Positions 59,958-64,000 of a stretch of 64,000 bases of DNA are shown here, piece by piece. A program made the translations under genes and the position numbers. The notes under the pieces are model-generated. The model was not told the origin of the DNA, ran no database searches, and saw only the letters and a program-made list of their open reading frames with translations. The DNA comes from a bacterium (lineage in GTDB: Bacteria > Patescibacteriota > Minisyncoccia > Phycocordibacterales > JAGLPS01), in the NCBI GenBank assembly GCA_030690305.1, contig JAUYHB010000006.1:84574-148573 (forward strand), in the 5' to 3' direction. How positions within the stretch are numbered: the stretch's first letter is position 1; each line of letters begins with the position of its first letter.

Positions 59958-60275
59958 ATGTCTTCCGAAACAAAAAAACTGCTTGAAAAATTTGCTGCAA
60001 ATGCGAATTGGCGTATGCCAGGATGCTCTAAGGATATGGAACGATTCTGGGACTTTGTCATTTCAGCCTATCGTCATGGCGAGCACAATATCTCTTTGGA
60101 TGAATTTCTCGGAACACTCGACACCAACGCAAAGAGCAAAGAAATACCCGATGAATCAAAATTTTCCGAGAAAAAAAAGAAGGTGTCCTACAAGATGTTT
60201 ATGTTCAGTACATACGAGAACGGTATCGAGCTCTTGCGCAAATTTGAGGAAAGACAAAAACCAAAAACAAAATGA
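59958..60275 (+). CDS. Hypothetical protein
   Basis: ATG ORF overlapping the thrH start (ATGA). Confidence 0.6.
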   Translation: MSSETKKLLEKFAANANWRMPGCSKDMERFWDFVISAYRHGEHNISLDEFLGTLDTNAKSKEIPDESKFSEKKKKVSYKMFMFSTYENGIELLRKFEERQKPKTK

Positions 60276-60898
60276 CAAAACCAATTTTGTACATCCTTGA
60301 TTTGGAAAGTACGCTTACTCCGGAAATTTGGGTAACAGTTTCCCAAAAAAGTGGTGTTCAAGATTTACGCGTGACAACACGCGACATTCCCGATTACAAC
60401 GCTCTCATGCGCATGCGAATCGAAATATGCAGAAAAAATAATCTGGCGCTCACGCGTATTCAGGAAATTATAAAAACAATCGAACCGCTTCCAGGCGCTA
60501 TTGATTTTCTTTCACACCTGAAAAGCCAAGGGCCTGTTATCATTCTCTCCGATACGTTTTACCAATTTGCAACACCTCTGATTAAGAAGTTCGATTTTCC
60601 GGCGCTTTTTTGTCACTCTCTCTCGACAGATAAGGAAGGCTTCATTGCTGATTTTCATCTGCGGAAAGATGGGGGTAAGCGTGAAGCAGTTGCAGCACTC
60701 AAGGGCCTGGGATTTTACGTCGTGGCTATTGGAGATTCTCATAACGATACGGCAATGCTTTTTGAGGCAGATAAAGGGTTTTTTATACATGCTCCGGAAA
60801 CAATTGCGAAGGAATTCCCGCAATTCCCTTCTTTTACGTCATATCAGGAGCTGAGAAAGTCACTTGAAGAACTTGCGTTTGAAAATGCCCAAGCGTAG
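60272..60898 (+). CDS. thrH: Phosphoserine phosphatase/homoserine phosphotransferase
   Basis: LDLE..PEIW, TTRDIPDY, ILSDTFYQF, GDSHNDTAML. Confidence 0.85.
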   Translation: MTKPILYILDLESTLTPEIWVTVSQKSGVQDLRVTTRDIPDYNALMRMRIEICRKNNLALTRIQEIIKTIEPLPGAIDFLSHLKSQGPVIILSDTFYQFATPLIKKFDFPALFCHSLSTDKEGFIADFHLRKDGGKREAVAALKGLGFYVVAIGDSHNDTAMLFEADKGFFIHAPETIAKEFPQFPSFTSYQELRKSLEELAFENAQA

Positions 60899-60945
60899 GA
60901 TGTGAGAAGAAAATTTCTTTGGAAACAGGAGAAAGGAGGTAAGAA

Positions 60946-61569
60946 ATGGGAAAAGAGTTGCGTTGGGGTCCTATTGAAATCGTTTTGGATTTCCTTATCG
61001 AGCACACGCTTGTTGAAAACTTGCCTGTCACAGACGGCATTTTTGTTTTCGGCCATATCCAACCATTAGTGGCACATCATGCCGCCCGCCTTTGGAAGGA
61101 AAAAAAATCGGACAAGATGATAATTGTCGGGGATAAGGGAAACTATCCCATACCTCCCACTTTTTCCACAAAAGCCGATTTTTACGCCGCCCTTGTAAAA
61201 GAAAGGGGGGTGCCGGAAAGTGCTCTCATTCTAGAAAGAGAGTCCGGTAACGTTCTGGAAAATGTTTTGTTCGGATTAAAAACCTGCCACACGTTTGATT
61301 TCTTTCCAAAAAGTCTTACATTGTGCGCTCTTCCTCCGCTCCTGAAAAGATGCGGGGCGACGTTTCAAAAACAGTTCCCCGATATTCTTGTTTACAAAAG
61401 CGCCTTTTCTATGCCGTCCGAGTGGTTTGTCGACGGAAGAATGGTACGCCTCTTGGGAGAAATGGACAGGTTAAGAAAATACGCAAAAAAAGAAGACATT
61501 GTTAAAGTGGAGATTCCAAAACATGTTCTTTCCGCAGAGAGAAAGATGAGGAAGATGTTCGCGCCCTGA
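60946..61569 (+). CDS. YdcF/DUF218 family protein
   Basis: GIFVFG, GVPESALILERESGNVLENV, GEMDRL; strong SD. Confidence 0.75.
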   Translation: MGKELRWGPIEIVLDFLIEHTLVENLPVTDGIFVFGHIQPLVAHHAARLWKEKKSDKMIIVGDKGNYPIPPTFSTKADFYAALVKERGVPESALILERESGNVLENVLFGLKTCHTFDFFPKSLTLCALPPLLKRCGATFQKQFPDILVYKSAFSMPSEWFVDGRMVRLLGEMDRLRKYAKKEDIVKVEIPKHVLSAERKMRKMFAP

Positions 61570-61647
61570 CATTATACATGTCGGGGCGTTTTTTATTTTT
61601 TTATAGCAGGAACAACAGCCCGAAACAAAGGTTCAATACCTCGGGGC

Positions 61648-62652
61648 TTACCCCAAGAAACCTTTATTTTTTGCGTGAGAGACAGCCGCGCGAAAGAGAT
61701 TTCGTATGCCAAGTATAATCCCCACACCCCACACAAAAACAAAAACGGCAGGACGGAAAAAAGGAAACTGGGTAAGAAAAAGGGCACCCAAAAGAAAAGC
61801 AAGCAATGTGGGAAATACGTTTTTCGTAAGGTCGGGTAACAAAGTATCGGGTGTTTTTTTAGACCAATCCTTTTCTGACAAAAGGTTTTTTAAAACAAAT
61901 CCGAGAAAAACATAGCAGAGCAGTACAAATATTTGAGGCAGTACCCCGGGCAATGCGTCGGGACGGAGGAGAAATGTGAGGGCAAGATACAAAAGAACAA
62001 GCAGAAATACAAAGAGACCGAATGATTTGGACAATACAATTTCCGAGAAGTCACTTTTTCTCTGGTGTATCAAAAGAAATATCCCGCATAAAACCGCAAG
62101 TACCACTGCAATTGAGATACCCAGGTCACTTATGATTTGCTCGGGCAAGCGTACATTGACCGAGGCATGAAACGTCCCAAGCACAAAAGCCGTCACCAAG
62201 AGATGTTCGCGTGAAGAAAACAATTCCGGCATTGCCCGTGAAAGTCCTTTGCCTATTTCTCCCCCACCAAGGACAAACCGCTCGGAAAGAGCGAGCGGGA
62301 CAATAAAAGACATAATCGGGTGAAGCCACAGGACAAGCATTAGCGTTTCAATAAGAGCGACTCCGCCCAGGGAGAAAATCGGCTCACCCCATGTGGGATT
62401 CCATATGACCTTGGTGATATACGCTTCATAGAAACCAAACAGAACGCCGGCGACAAACAAGGAATCGAAAAGACGTTTCGGATTGGAGCGAAAGACCAAA
62501 CTGCCAAGCACCAAAATATGCAAACCATAAATGAGGAGAATAAGGGGTGTGTTCCCCGAGGTAAAGGCGGCAGGGGTTGAACCGGATATCGCTTCGGCGA
62601 AAAAAACCGATAGCACAACCGCCAGAAGCCAAAATGAAATTTTGGTTTTCAT
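61648..62652 (-). CDS. Multi-TM hypothetical protein
   Basis: FFAEAISGS, LFGFYEAYITKV; many TMs. Confidence 0.65.
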   Translation of the reverse strand: MKTKISFWLLAVVLSVFFAEAISGSTPAAFTSGNTPLILLIYGLHILVLGSLVFRSNPKRLFDSLFVAGVLFGFYEAYITKVIWNPTWGEPIFSLGGVALIETLMLVLWLHPIMSFIVPLALSERFVLGGGEIGKGLSRAMPELFSSREHLLVTAFVLGTFHASVNVRLPEQIISDLGISIAVVLAVLCGIFLLIHQRKSDFSEIVLSKSFGLFVFLLVLLYLALTFLLRPDALPGVLPQIFVLLCYVFLGFVLKNLLSEKDWSKKTPDTLLPDLTKNVFPTLLAFLLGALFLTQFPFFRPAVFVFVWGVGIILGIRNLFRAAVSHAKNKGFLG

Positions 62653-62755
62653 TTTCTTAATTGTATATCAGAAGATAAATAATGATATGAATTATTATAG
62701 TAAAAACAGGATTGTCTTGTGACAATCCTGTTTTCAGGAAAAAAGAAAGTAGCGG

Positions 62756-63037
62756 TCAGGTGGGCTGGAAATTTGCTTCGAACAAAGCGATTTCTTCTCC
62801 AAAATAAGTCTCAATGAATTTTTCGTGCGCATCGCTGTCTGAGTACCCCTTAATGAGACTTACAATCTGGTTTTGAAATTCTTTTTCACGAATGTGAAGC
62901 AAACGAATTCCATCGCCGTTGATTGTTGTCTCTTCGAAAATTCTCGGTATCACACCCCTCAAGACCCTTGAGAGGCCTCTCAGTTGGTCCGAAGAGACGT
63001 GTCTTTTGTTCATTTCCTCTGTCGCAACGGAATACAT
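62756..63037 (-). CDS. Orphan hypothetical protein
   Basis: AAAGGAGGTGTCCC-ATG; TTGACA-N17-TCTAAT at 63086-63114; terminator 62703-62734. Confidence 0.6.
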   Translation of the reverse strand: MYSVATEEMNKRHVSSDQLRGLSRVLRGVIPRIFEETTINGDGIRLLHIREKEFQNQIVSLIKGYSDSDAHEKFIETYFGEEIALFEANFQPT

Positions 63038-63196
63038 GGGACACCTCCTTTCTCTGCTATTTCCAAATAACTATTCTAAGGGTTCATTAGAGTAAAATTT
63101 TCATTCTTTGTCAACAGGTATTTCAGGTCCGGTGTAACAAATTTGTTATCATTAATGTTTGCTGTAGCCCCGCATTGTGTGTACAGAAACTCAAAG

Positions 63197-63739
63197 ATGA
63201 AAAAAGATTTGTTCATAATTTTCATAAGTATAGTAATAGCTGTTATGCTCGCCCAAACGGGAGCGTTGCACGCACTTCTCGAAAAAACAAAAGATTTTGG
63301 TATCCTGCAAAGTTTTGTCGCCGGGTTCTTTTTTACATCCGTATTCACCATCGCCCCGGCGATGGTTGCCATCGCCGAGTTGGCAAAAATAGAATCATTA
63401 TGGATTCTTGTTCCATTCGGAGGCCTTGGGGCCGTTGTGGGCGATATGATTATTTTTCTTTTTGTACGGGAACGACTGTCAAAAGATATGACGGCTGTTA
63501 TCGGAAAAATTGTCGGCCGATTTAAATATCGTGCCCTTGTCAGGTCTCTCAATTTCAAACCGCTCCGATGGATTAATCCGATACTTGGTGCTCTTATTAT
63601 CGCCTCTCCTCTCCCCGATGAAATAGGTCTTGCCTTTTTAGGTTTTTCAAAAATCCGTCCCGTGATTGTTATACCGCTTGTGTTTTTGTTCAATTCATTT
63701 GGAATCCTTGCCGTTGGACTCGTCGCACAGGCATTGTAG
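63197..63739 (+). CDS. Membrane protein (VTT/DedA-like)
   Basis: AGFFFTSVFT, GAVVGD, IASPLPDEIG. Confidence 0.65.
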   Translation: MKKDLFIIFISIVIAVMLAQTGALHALLEKTKDFGILQSFVAGFFFTSVFTIAPAMVAIAELAKIESLWILVPFGGLGAVVGDMIIFLFVRERLSKDMTAVIGKIVGRFKYRALVRSLNFKPLRWINPILGALIIASPLPDEIGLAFLGFSKIRPVIVIPLVFLFNSFGILAVGLVAQAL

Positions 63740-63748
63740 ACTTCCCGT

Positions 63749-64000
63749 ATGGATAGAAAGGGGTTTGCAAAAGAAATCTGGCGTTATTATCGAAAGCATA
63801 AGCGGAGTTTCCCGTGGAGAAAAACGAAAAACCCTTATCGAATTCTTGTCTCCGAAGTTATGCTCCAACAAACGCAAGCGGAACGCGTCATCCCCAAATA
63901 TGAACAGTTTTTAAAGGAGTTCCCAAATTTTTCCTCCCTTGCACAATCACCTCTTTCAAAGGTGCTTCGCGTCTGGAAAGGTCTTGGGTACAACCGAAGA
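63749..64000 (+). CDS. mutY: A/G-specific adenine glycosylase, N-terminal part (runs off window)
   Basis: FPWR..PYRILVSEVMLQQTQ..WKGLGYNRR. Confidence 0.9.
   Translation, partial: MDRKGFAKEIWRYYRKHKRSFPWRKTKNPYRILVSEVMLQQTQAERVIPKYEQFLKEFPNFSSLAQSPLSKVLRVWKGLGYNRR

Overview
64 kb of a small, host-dependent bacterial chromosome, most likely Patescibacteria/CPR (Parcubacteria-like). This is inferred from the complete type IV pilus/ComF cluster, a shortened RF2, a GT4-GH57-DUF5752-GH15 glucan cluster, an ECF sigma/DUF5667 pair and many apparently leaderless core genes. The standard genetic code applies (TGA is a stop). Housekeeping genes: msrA/B, alkD, pyrG, ftsEX, prfB, gatCA, ligA, purN-like, thrH, partial mutY. 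There are 7 tRNAs: Gln-CTG, Thr-CGT, Thr-GGT, fMet-CAT, Met/Ile2-CAT, Asp-GTC, Ser-GCT. No CRISPR, integrase, transposase or RT was seen. The least explained signals are mostly non-coding: (i) homologous 77-nt two-hairpin leaders directly 5' of tRNA-Thr(GGT) and tRNA-Asp, each copying and complementing its own tRNA 5' end; (ii) structured elements 3' of tRNA-Asp and tRNA-Ser that are antisense to their own T-arm; (iii) a dispersed 116-nt element with compensatory base changes; (iv) about 9 stand-alone promoter + AAGGAGG + ORF (+ terminator) cassettes among SD-less core genes; (v) a translationally coupled UDG-like/TM/HNH trio after tRNA-Gln, a candidate defence system; (vi) gene-conversion-like tracts and in-frame palindromic insertions in pilin genes. 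Family calls come from motif recognition only; no searches were run.
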